Positions 50,597-61,871 of a stretch of 64,000 nt of DNA are shown piece after piece. Both the position numbers and the translations under genes were made by a program. The notes below the pieces were generated by a model. It had not been told where the DNA came from. It saw only the letters and a program-made list of their open reading frames with translations, and did no database searches. The stretch is taken from the NCBI RefSeq assembly GCF_000143415.4, contig NW_003314269.1, positions 1,220,623 to 1,284,622 on the forward strand, given 5' to 3'. The stretch's first letter is position 1, and each line of letters begins with the position of its first letter. Source of the DNA: Selaginella moellendorffii (Eukaryota; Plantae; Lycopodiophyta).

Positions 50597-53500
50597 ATGG
50601 CGAGCAGCGAGCTCGTCGCGTCGCGGGAGCCGGAGCATGTGATTATGTCGCGAGGAGGCTCCGTGCTTGGGCGGAAGACGATTCTCAAGAGCGATCACTT
50701 TCCAGGCTGCCAGAACAAGCGTTTACAGCCGCACGTCCAAGGCGCTCCAAATTATCGCCAGGTTTGTAGCGGGACGAAGTTACCCAAGCTTTCGTCTGAC
50801 AAAACATATCAAACAGGTTAGCTCGCTCCCCGTGTTTGGCGTAGCTATTCCAACGATCGATGGTATACGCAAGGTGCTCGATTTGATCGGCGCAAATCGG
50901 AATGGAGGTCACAAGCGCGTGCTCTGGCACAATCTCCGTGAAGAGCCAGTAAGAAGATTTTTATTCTGTTCGTCATCTTCACGGAAGTTCTCTACTTTCA
51001 GGTTATTTACATAAATGGTCGGCCATTTGTGTTGAGAGAGATCGAGAGGCCATTCACGAACCTCGAGTATACTGTGAGTGTAGTGTTGCTTGACGAACTA
51101 AAAGCTGATTTTGTCATTGAATAGGGAATTAACAGAGTTCGTGTTGAGGAAATGGAAGCCAGGCTGAAAGAGGATGTTCTTCGAGAGGCTGGTCGGTATG
51201 TTTCTTAGCTCACTCGTTTTAGTAAATTGTGAGTGCTATTTTGTCCTTAGGTTTGGCTGCAAAATCCTGGTTTGTGATGAAATGCCTGACGGCCAAATGA
51301 TCGACCAGTGGGAACCAATAACTGACGCATCGGTGCTAACACCTCTAGAGGTTGAAGGTCTTCAACTGCATTTGCTTTCAACTTAGTTGTTTTTTTCGGA
51401 ATAGGTGTACGACAGCTTGTGCAATGAGTCGTACTTCGTGGATTATGAACGGTTGCCAATCACTGATGAGAAATCTCCCAAAGAACGGGACTTCGATCTA
51501 CTGGTTTGTTGCTTTATCCTTGAACAAGCTGAAATTCTTCTTTGTTCTGGATCGAGCAGGTGCAGCGTGTTGCAGAAGCGGACATTAACACCGCCTTGGT
51601 GTTTAATTGTCAAATGGGTCGAGGGCGTACAACTACTGGAATGGTCATTGCAACTCTTGTATATTTGAAGCGAAGCGGATCTGCAGGTGTCATTTTACGT
51701 TTTTTTGTCTTTTTGATCCGGTTAACTATTTGACTTCTCGTCCACATTAACAATGGAAGATTATATCATGTGAGGAAACAAAGATTTTAGAAAGATTCTA
51801 GAGATTACTAATTCCGAGGCAGCAGTATTTTGCAGGAATTCGTAGATCGAGGTCCTTCGGGGAAGTACTTGGCTCTGCAGAGGAGTCAATTGACGAATTT
51901 CCTGATTCCGAGGAAGGGTTTAGACAAGGTGAATACACTGTTGTAAGGAGCCTTTGTCGGGTTTTGGAGGTAAGAAATACTGTTTTTTTGCTTTGTTTTT
52001 ATTCTGACTCTGAAGACTTTCTGTTTTTCAGGGTGGCGTCGAAGGCAAACGACAAGTTGATACTGTTATAGATAGGTGTTCGGCTATGCAGGTAGATGTA
52101 TTTTTTCCTTTCGAGGTTGCTGTTATTCACAATAGACCATGGCAGAACTTGCGTGAAGCCATCAACACATATCGTAACAGCATTTTGCGTCAAGCAGATG
52201 AAAAGAAGAGGGAGTCTTCTCTCTCGTACTTTGTCGAGTATCTGGAGCGGTACTACTTTCTGATCTGTTTTGCTGTATATATACATACAGATCAGTCTGC
52301 CTTAACGCAGCCTGGTGGCTTTCAGCAGTGGATGAAGGCTAGGCCGGAATTGTACAGTATCTTGAGAAGGTTTGCTGTATCTTTAGTAGTCACATTCTCG
52401 CTCATGAGCATTTCTTTCAGGCTCTTGCGGCGGGATCCCATGGGAGCACTTGGCTACAGAAGCAAACCCCCTGTGGCAGCTGAAAATGGCCGACCATCCA
52501 GGATGGAAGCTGTGGCGGCATGCAGAACTGGAGACGTTCTTGGGAAACAAACAGTTTTGAAGGGTGACCACTATCCGGGCTGTCATAATCCTCATCTGCC
52601 CGAAAGTGTGGAGGGAGCTCCAAACTTCAGGGAAATTCCTGGTTTTCCTGTCTACGGAGTTGCCAATCCCACTGTTAGCGGCATCAAAGCGGTCTTGGAA
52701 AGAGTTGGTGGTGGAAAAGGGGGACGTCCCGTCTTGTGGCATAACATGAGAGAGGAGCCAGTCGTATATATCAATGGACAGCCATTCGTTCTGCGAGAAG
52801 TCGAGAGGCCTTACAAAAACATGCTAGAGTATACAGTAAGTCCTAACCGATGGTATTTGTGTTCATATGTCTAATTTGGCTCTGTCTCAGGGAATTGATC
52901 GCGACCGAGTAGAACAGATGGAGGCTCGACTCAAGGAAGACGTGCTCAAGGAAGCAGAACGTTATGATGGTGCAATTATGGTGAACCACGAATCGAAAGA
53001 CGGTTTCATATTCGACAGCTGGGAAACTGTTACTCCAGAAGGAGTTCAGACTCCATTCGAAGTTTACTCTCGGCTGGTCTCCGAAGGCTACTCTATCGAG
53101 TATTCTCGTATGCCAATTACTGATGGAAAAGCTCCAAAGAGCTCAGACTTCGACACACTGACTTCTAAGATTGTTTCTGCTCCCAAAAAGACCGTCTTCG
53201 TCTTTAACTGTCAGGTAAAATAGACTTCACTTGATGTGTTACTGTAATGCTTACGTCGTGCCTCCGCTGTGCAGATGGGACGTGGACGCACAACAACAGG
53301 CACTGTTATCGCTTGTCTAGTAAAACTCCGCTGCGATTATGGCAAGCCTTTTCGTTTACCGTCCGCTCTTCCTGGATCTTCTGTGGACGGTGGATCAGAT
53401 AGCAGCGGAGAAGAAAACGGTGAAGCCGGTGACGAGCACCTGACTTTCAAGCCAGCAAAGTTGGAAAGGTGCAAATCGACAAGCGTACTCGTAATGGACG

Positions 53501-55458
53501 ACATATCTATTGTGAGAAGACTCACACGCTTACTAGAGGACGGGGTCGCATGCAGGGAGGCACTTGATGATGTTATAGACCGGTGTGCAGCACTACAGAA
53601 TCTCCGTCAGGCTATTTTACAGTACCGTAAGAGCTTCAATCAACAAAATCTGGAGTCTCCTGGCCGAAGAGCAGCTCTAAATCGTGGAGTTGAGTATCTG
53701 GAGCGGTACTGCATGATGATCGCGTTTGCTTCTTACCTCGGTAGTGAAGCGTTCAGTGAAACTCAGCGTTTGCCGTTCAAGGTATGGCTAAACAAGCGAC
53801 CAGAAATCAAACAGATGAAGTGGAGTATGCGGTTGAGGCCGGCTCGTTTTTTCGCTGTTCCTGTGAGTTTTTTTGTTTTTTACTTTTTTCTTTCTTCGTC
53901 TAATCTGTTTTATCCAGGAGGTGGAATTTCGGGCATTGGCTGAGAATTGCGAGGGCGATGAGATTTTAGAAGCGATAGTCAAGTCCCGGAATGGTTCGGT
54001 TCTGGGGAAACGGGCTATTCTCAAAATGTACCATTTCCCAGGTCAGAGCGCGGCAAGCTGCTTTGACATCCCTGGAGTACCTCATATGCGTAAGGTCCGT
54101 ATTCTACAGAAGTTCTTCATAGCACTTCTAACGCTTTATACAGATAGATGGCTTTCCAGTATATAGCATGGCCACACCCACTGCTCAAGGCGCCAAAGCA
54201 GCGTTTGCTTGTCTCAAGACAGCCGTTGATCAAGGAAAGCACGCTGTTGTGACCGACTTGAGAGAGGAGGCTGTGGTTTATATTCGCGGTAATCCATTTG
54301 TTTTACGGGAGCTTGACCAACCTGTAAGCACTTTAAAGCACGTTGGAATAAAAGGTTCTGCGGTAGGTGTTTCATTTCTCATTGTTTCCTCACATACTAA
54401 TCTCGATCAATAAGTTGCTCTTGGTTTTGGAAGTGATTTCTTTTGCTTTCTACGGTCGCTGACAACCTTTTTACGCCCTTGACAGGTTGAGCAAATGGAG
54501 TACAGGTTGAAGGAAGATATCCTCGCCGAGATGAAACGCTCTGGTGGCCGCGTGGTCTTACACCGAGAAGAGTGTAATCCACTGACAAACAAGTCTGACG
54601 TTATCGGGTACTGGGAAGTTCTGACGTCTGACGATGTTAAAATTCCTGCCGAAGTTTATACTGGTCTTGCGGCCGAAGGCTACAAAATCGACTACAAAAG
54701 AATCCCACTGACGAGGGAGAGGGCCGCTCTGGCAATGGATGTGGATGCCATCCAGGACAGACTAAACGGGTGAGCTCCTTTTTTATGTTTTTTTCTTTGT
54801 CATCTAACTCCTGATTGTTATTTCTAGATCTGGCAGCGAATATGTATATATTTCTCACACGGGATACGGAGGTGTCGCGTATGCGATGGCAATCACTTGC
54901 ATGGGGCTGCAAGCCGAAGCCGAAGCTAGCTTGGCAGCTTCTTCCTCGGGGGTTCCATCTTGTGTGTATGGACCCATACAAAGGCCTGCCGATGATATAA
55001 ACGCTTTCAAGCAAGGGGACTACAGAGACATACTCAGCTTGGTGAGAGTCCTGCCAAGCGGACCTTTTTGCAAAGCCGAAGTGGATACCATCATCGACAG
55101 GTAAGTTTAGTTTACTTCTTTCTTTTCCCGTCTCACTGTTGGTGTTGTGATAGATGCTCTGAAGCTGGAAATCTGAGAGATGACATCCTCTATTACAAGC
55201 AGCAGCTCGAATGCTGCCAGCAAGAGGACGAGGAGCACCGAGCTTACATTCAAGACATGGGTGTCAAAGCTTTGAGGTAACTTTTGGGAATGCTATCCCC
55301 TTTTTGCTAACACTATAGTGTGCTCTCGCAGGAGATACGCGTTTCTCATAGCATTCCGCTCGTTTCTGACGAGTAGAACTCCCAATTCCTCGTTTGCTGC
55401 GTGGATGCACTCCCGCCCGGAGCTTGGCCACCTCTGCTACAACCTCAAGCTCGAGTGA
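50597..55458 (+). CDS. Paladin-like protein with three PTP-like phytase/phosphatase repeats
   Basis: RGGSVLGRKTILKSDHFPGC, GAPNYR/GAPNFR, WHNLREEP/WHNMREEP, two FNCQMGRGRTTTG (CX5R) motifs; third repeat degenerate (SHTGYGG). Confidence 0.9.
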
Positions 55459-55775
55459 GTCTCCTTTTCCTTTTTTTTCCACCTGTAATATGTGTATAGT
55501 GGTAACTTTTCCTTGGAAGGAAGAGATGCTTTCTTTTCATTTGAGGGTGTGAGACTGTAGAGAAGCTTTTCACCTTGAATGGAATTTTACACTTTGCATG
55601 TCTTCTAGCTTTCCAGATTCGTGCTTCTTTTTCTTTCTTGTTCTTTCTTCTTATGCGATGGATGGTGTTAGTAGCAACTTGATCTGCTCCTGAATCGCGG
55701 TGGCATTCTCAGCATTGGCAGAATTCGCTGGTGCTCGTAAAGCCTGCGAGAGTTTGGCCTCCTCGCACGCGCTAG

Positions 55776-56694
55776 TCAGAACTTCCGCGTCTTTCCTGGT
55801 GATTTGCCGTCGTCCACTCTAGACAGGGAGAGTCCAGCACAAGGTGAGCGAAAGAGAGCGAAGCTTTTCTGTCACCTTAGAATCGCTGGGACTGTTTCTT
55901 CGGGCTGCTTCCCACCCAAGTCCACCACTGTGATCTCCGGAGCTTCTTTCTCATCGCCACCTTTCGTCGCCTCCTCTTTGGCGTCTTTGGCGTCTTTGGG
56001 AGGCGCCAGTTGGACGCCATACTCCACCGCCTCGCCCTTCTCCAGGATCACCAAAACAGGATGCTGGAACAATGGAGGAGCACGAAACTGTGATCCATCG
56101 CGTTTCAAGATATGGCGCGCTTGCCTGATACTTGACTCCAGCTGCGAGGAAGTTCTTCCTTTCCTTGAGCGCAACCTCGACGCTGGCTCCGGACTCTATC
56201 AGAATCTCTCCGATCGACTCCCACTTCGACTGGGCCTCCTCCTGGGCAAGCTCGCATAAATCTACGCGCAAGAGATTTCATCGTCACGAAGCTTTACGTA
56301 CCCCTGCGACCTTGCGAGCAAAGATCTTGTACGTGTCTGTGCTCTCCACCTTGTTTACCTCGAGTTCCTTCCTTCACAAGACGCGCAGTGTAAGAGTGTG
56401 ATTAAGATCCTATCCAAGGAGAGCTTACAGAATCTTGGGCTTGGCTTTCGCCTCTGGCCGCTTTCCGAATCCCCCGCTGGTGCGCAGTGCTGCAACAATG
56501 CTGCTCTTGTGAGCCAGACGACAGGGGCAGTCGCCGAGCTCCTGGGAGAGTTTCAAACTCGAGCCCATCACAGCACTACTGCTGAAACACCATTCTTTCC
56601 TTGTTCCATAGAACCTACTCAGACCGTGTCAGTGAAGAGCTCCCAAGAACTACGAGTACCTGGGAGCAAAGACGCCAATGCTAGCGACCGCCAT
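55776..56694 (-). CDS. Unknown protein, possibly plastid-targeted
   Basis: ATG 56694 (MAVASIGVFAPR); GGFGK motif; exons YKIFARK, WESIGEILIESG, VEYGVQL joined by plausible introns; model approximate. Confidence 0.5.
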
Positions 56695-58639
56695 AGCCGA
56701 GAAAAAAACGATATAGGTTTTTCCTGAACATAGGAAATCCTGGGTTTTGTTTCTAGGACGTGGAGAGGATGCGATTGCACGAACATCTTACGCATGCTCC
56801 AGCTCTACTTCCCCACCCTCACTTTCACGGAGTCAGCAATCTTCCTTCCAGACTATGGCGGCAGCAGGGGAATGATTACAGTCCAATTCAATTACTACTA
56901 ATCTCCTCTCTCTCTCTCTTCACCCTGCCTGGGCGGTTGGCCCATGGAGTGAGTCAATATGGAGTCTGTGGATGCGCCTGTGATAGATCTGTCGCAGACA
57001 AGAGGCTCGATTGTTCAGGCAGGAACTTGGACTTTCGATTGAGTCATGGGTACAGTATAGATAAATAAACATTCCTTTAAGAGGTAATCTTAAGGTAGTC
57101 TCATTAACTAAAAACATTTTCCTTTTTTATCAAAATTAATAAAGGGAATTTAAAAATAACAACAGTGTAAATCACCTTGCCACACACTAACAATAGGAGT
57201 GATACAATACAATATGAAGTACAAAAATTTATTAGATTTTACTATAATATATTTGTGAAATAGGAAATTATTTTTAATAAATTAAATCAAATTGATTATT
57301 CTTCTGATCTAGATAAATTTTTTGTAAAGACTTTTATTACAACTGACTTTAAAAAAAGCTATTATAAGTCTACAATATAAAACTCTAGGTTTTAAGTGGA
57401 ATATTTTAATTCCCTGGTATGGCAATGAATATATGATTGTGCAAGGGAGCATTATATATTCACACGTATGTGGATTTACTTTTTTTTTTTCTTAATTGCA
57501 TGGTAAAATATTATATACACAATCACTTTTGATTGTTATATAAACAATTAAAACATTATTTTATGTATAATATTTTTGTTATAAGGCATGCTATATGTGA
57601 ATAAAGTATTACACCTCAGATTGCCACAAAAGACTGATGTTCTTTTTTGGCAATTTGCTAATTTATTTTATATATCTAATTATCTTTGTTTTGGCTTTAG
57701 TTAAATTCTTTTGCTAAAGTTCTTACTTATTATACCAACTTTGGCTTAGTTTAGCTAGTTATTACATAAGCACTAGAGTGTTAGCTAACTCTTTATAAGT
57801 TTTTAAACTCTCTATCAATCCTTTTTCCTAAGTTAGACTGTACTAAAGGTTTAATTACACTCTTTGTAAGCATAAAGCACACTAAACCTCTACTTTTTTA
57901 ACATCCCATGGTACATAAAACTTGTTTATAAAACTTCTAAATCCCAAGCCTTAAGTGCATCTTTTAGTCTAAAACATTAAAGGGAAACACCATGGCTTAA
58001 CAACTTGGTAAAAATACCTTAACTCCCCACCTCTATCCTAAAGAGAAGGCCCAAGCCTCTAGAAGGGGCAAGAACCAATACACTTTATGGTACTTAAATG
58101 GGGCACTACTTCACTTGAGCTGGGAGCAATATAGTTAATTTCCCTTCTAAAAGTAAGAGTTGTTCTTGAGCACTTCTTTGAGGAGCATCTTTGGCACTTC
58201 TCAAGCTTGTGCTTACTCCCACCCAAAGTTACTAACTAATGTTAACCCAAATTTGGTTTAGAAGCACTATTAGATAATTCTATAGCTATGTCGAGTTCTA
58301 TAAAACTTTTAATGGCTCGCTTATTGATAACTTCCCATGGATTTACCCTGATGCTCAAATGTGGTGAGTTGTTATAACAGATTTCATAGCAAATCCTAAA
58401 TGATTTACTTAATTCATCTAGTCTAAGACATAACACCACAGATAATCCTCTAGTTGTCTATTCACCTTTTTTGTTTGTCCATTTGTTATGAAGTGTTATC
58501 ACCACAATACTTAACTCAATACTTAATACTTATTTAAGGGTGATAGGCTATAATGAATTTTAGTTTGGTGCAATACTATTCTAAGAGGGTTTTTTAAAAC
58601 TTGCTAGTGAAAATTTTATTTTGATCTGAGATAATTTCT

Positions 58640-59643
58640 TTTGGCTTTCCACGTCCTCAGACCATATGTTCAAAGAGTAACTTTGCCACACTTTCCATAT
58701 CAATGTCTATCCATTTTTGAAACTTGATCTACCACCATAAATATTGCATCAAACCCCTCACTTGGGGAGTTTCATAATAAAGTCCATTGTAAGACATTTC
58801 TATTGATGATTTAAGATTGAGAGGCTTTACAATAAACCCCCACTAGCCTCAGTTATAGCCTTTGCCTACTGATATATCTTTATATAGTATTGAACGTCTT
58901 TAGTTATATTTGGCTAGTGATACTTTCTCTTGAGCAAGTTTACCATTTTAGGCACATTGCCATGTCCTGCAAGAGGTTTGTTATAACACTCTTCTAAGAG
59001 TACTCTTCTTAGTTCCCTTTATAGGACATACACCCTCGTTTGCTTATAATAAATGAGTTCATTGCATTTCATATAATCAATTTTCTTTCCTTAAGCACCT
59101 TGCCTCTTTAGTGGGCATCACATGCCTTTTGGTTCCTTAACAACATGTTTTATGCTAGACCATCATCCTTATACATTGTCTGCACATCATACTAGAAAGT
59201 TGTTATTGTGCTAAATATCGCCAATTTCAAACTTGCTTAGAGCATCTACCATGATATTGTTCTTCTTAGATTTCTAGAATATCTCGCAATTGAACTTAGC
59301 TAAAACATTAGCCTACTAATCCTATTTCCCTTGAAGTTCGGATTGTGACAAAAACTGTTTTATTGCCATATTATCTATGTATACCTTGAAATGTCTCCCA
59401 AGGTAGTGTCATCACGTTTTGAACACTTTAACCATTGCAAATAATTCTTTTTCATGGGTAAACCATTTTTGTTAAGCCTTATCCAACTTCTTCTAGAAGA
59501 ATGCTTTTGGATAATTGTTTTGCTTCAAGATTGCACCCAATATAAAGTCTAAGGCATTTGTTTCTACCTCAAAGGCTTTACTAAAGTTTAGTAACATTAA
59601 CACAAGAGCATTCCTCAACTTCCCTTTGATTTTAATGAATATC
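58640..59643 (-). mobile_element. Heavily decayed Ty3/gypsy pol relic (RNase H to integrase)
   Basis: Minus-strand FSKAFEVETNALDF, THEKELFAMV..T**HYLG, LTMDFIMKLP, FDAIFMVVDQVSKM, with many stops. Confidence 0.85.
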
Positions 59644-60019
59644 TGTAGCGTATGTGATCATGGGATGAGATTTAGATATACTATCACCGTGGATCCTTAG
59701 AACCTTGAGGGATAAATGGGGATAAAATAGCCACTAAGGGCTTTCTCATCAAGCAATTGCCCTTTTTCCAATTGGCTTAAGAGGAGAGAGATAAGATGCG
59801 CTACAGTTGGTATTAGAGGAAATGGCACGGGTTCGATTCCCATTGATTAGTGGCTACTTAAAAATATAATATACTCTTGAGCAAGGTATATTCCTATCCT
59901 TAAATTTGAAATCGTACGCATTAGACATCCATGCGTACGTCCTTCCTCTTGTGTGGAGTATTCACGGACAAAGGTATCCACCGTGGGATTGCGGTACGGG
60001 TGGATGACTAATTGCCACA
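59644..60019 (+). mobile_element. Short LTR (59644-59805) + PBS + non-coding internal part; truncated TRIM-like element
   Basis: TGTAGC...GCTACA terminal inverted repeat, then TGGTATTAGAG (iMet PBS with one C->T) at 59808; GGTTCGATTCC at 59830. Confidence 0.65.
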
Positions 60020-61543
60020 AGAAGACAGTGAAGGACAAGATGCCGATGCCACATGTGGATGATATCCTAGACAAGCTTGGTGAAGCACGAGTGTTTACCA
60101 AGATTGATCTGAGGAGTGGATATCATCAGATTGCAATGGATGATGCATCTATCTCCAAGACAGCATTCAACACAAGCTTCGGACATTTTGAGTTTACCGT
60201 TATGCCGTTTGGTTTGACGAATGCACCGGCCACATTTACTCGGTTGATGATGGAGGTATTTGGGCGTTATCTTCATGAGTTTGTGGAGATTTTCTTGGAC
60301 GATATTCTTGTTTTTAGCAAGAATATAGAGGAGCATAGGGTGCATTTGCGCAAGGTTCTTTTGTTACTTCGAGACAGCAAACTTTATGCGAAGAAGAGCA
60401 AATGTGAATTTGCAAAGTCGGAGGTGGAATATCTAGGCCATATTGTGACATCTAAGGGTGTCAAGACGGATCCAAGGAAGGTGGCTGTGGTGGAAAACTG
60501 GCCTACACCGACTACAGTGGCCGAGTTGCGCAGTTTTCTTGGTATGGCTAGTTACTACCGGCGTTTCCAGCATAAGTTTGCAGAGGTGGCTATTCCATTG
60601 ACGCGGTTGTTACGCAAGAATGTGCCATTCGAGTGGAAGACGCCACAAGAGGAGAGTTTTGTGGCGCTGAAACGATTGTTGATCGAGGCTCCAGTGCTTC
60701 GCATTGCTGATCCATCGAAACCTTACGAGGTGACATGCGATGCGAGTGGTTATGCACTGGGAGGAGTTCTCATGCAAGAGGGACAACCTATTGCATATGA
60801 GAGTCGAACTTTGAATTCCGCGGAGCAACGCTATTCCACATATGAGCAAGAGTTACTCTCTATTGTTCATACTTTGCGGACGTGGCGGCACTATCTTTAT
60901 GGTGCAGTGTTCTTGGTGTTGACAGATCACAAACCACTTGTGTATCTTTTCACACAGAAGGAGTTGAACACTAGGCAAGCTTGTTGGATGGTCAAACTCA
61001 TGGAGTTTGGGGAGTTTCCTATTGAGCATCGTCCGGGAAAATCAAATGTGGTGGCAGATGCTTTATCTCGTGTTCGTCATGTGACGATGTTACAAACACG
61101 ATTTTGTCATCATTTGAGTAAGGTGGTCAGCGAGTTTGGGCAGTTGGTTGAGCATGCTCAAGCTCAGGATGCTGAGGTGGCCTCTTTGCGAGACCAGATG
61201 GAAGCTCCTTTCTCATTGGTGGATGGGATTCTCTACTACAATGGCCGTGTCTATTTGCCACGGGTGGATGCGTTAATTACTCAAGTTTTATTCCACTATC
61301 ATAATCGTCCAGAAGCCGGTCATTTTGGGGGGAAGAAGACGTATGAGTTGATTAAGCGCAACTTTTATTGGAGGAATATGAAGGCTGATATCCTCAAGTA
61401 TTGTAAATCATGCGAGCTTTGTCAGCGGGTTAAGGTGCCACGGGAGAAGCCGGGGGGACTTTTGCAACCTTTACCTATTCCTCAGAGCCGTTGGTGTAGT
61501 ATCTCTATGGACTTCATCACTTGTTTGCCACGAACACAGAGGC
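60020..61543 (+). mobile_element. Ty3/gypsy pol fragment (RT, RNase H, integrase HHCC), truncated at both ends
   Basis: KIDLRSGYHQ, MPFGLTNAPATF, FLDDIL, CDAS..GGVLMQ, H..GHFG..C..CQ; ends at ISMDFITCLPRTQR. Confidence 0.95.
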
Positions 61544-61544
61544 T

Positions 61545-61810
61545 CTCTGATACCAATGTTATGATCCGGCACAAAAAGACAAAGATCTCGTTGCCCTAGA
61601 CTATGCTACACCACCTCTTGAGGTTCCTCACCACCCAACCACCCCCGAGCTACCTCAAAAGCTCCACTGCGCCACCGCGCCGCCGCTCCACTGTGAGCCC
61701 TAGGGTAGGTTAAGTCCCTTACCCTAACATGCCTTAATATACCCTTGAGCCTCCCTTTGACTGACGTTGACCACGTAGTCAAAGCTGGCGCCTAACAATT
61801 CTTCCCCCCC
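61545..61810 (-). mobile_element. 241-bp LTR (61557-61797) with PPT on its 5' side and tRNA-iMet PBS on its 3' side
   Basis: Minus strand: GGGGGGGAAGAAT|TGTTAGG...CATAACA|T TGGTATCAGAG. Confidence 0.85.
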
Positions 61811-61871
61811 AACAAAGTCCTTGTCCCAAGGACGAATTGTACCGGTGATCACCCTTTCTGGGGAATTCTGC

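Noticed and set aside
59766-59850. Possible tRNA gene
   Set aside because: Only the T-arm forms; no acceptor or anticodon stem, so treated as a TE-borne promoter-like sequence
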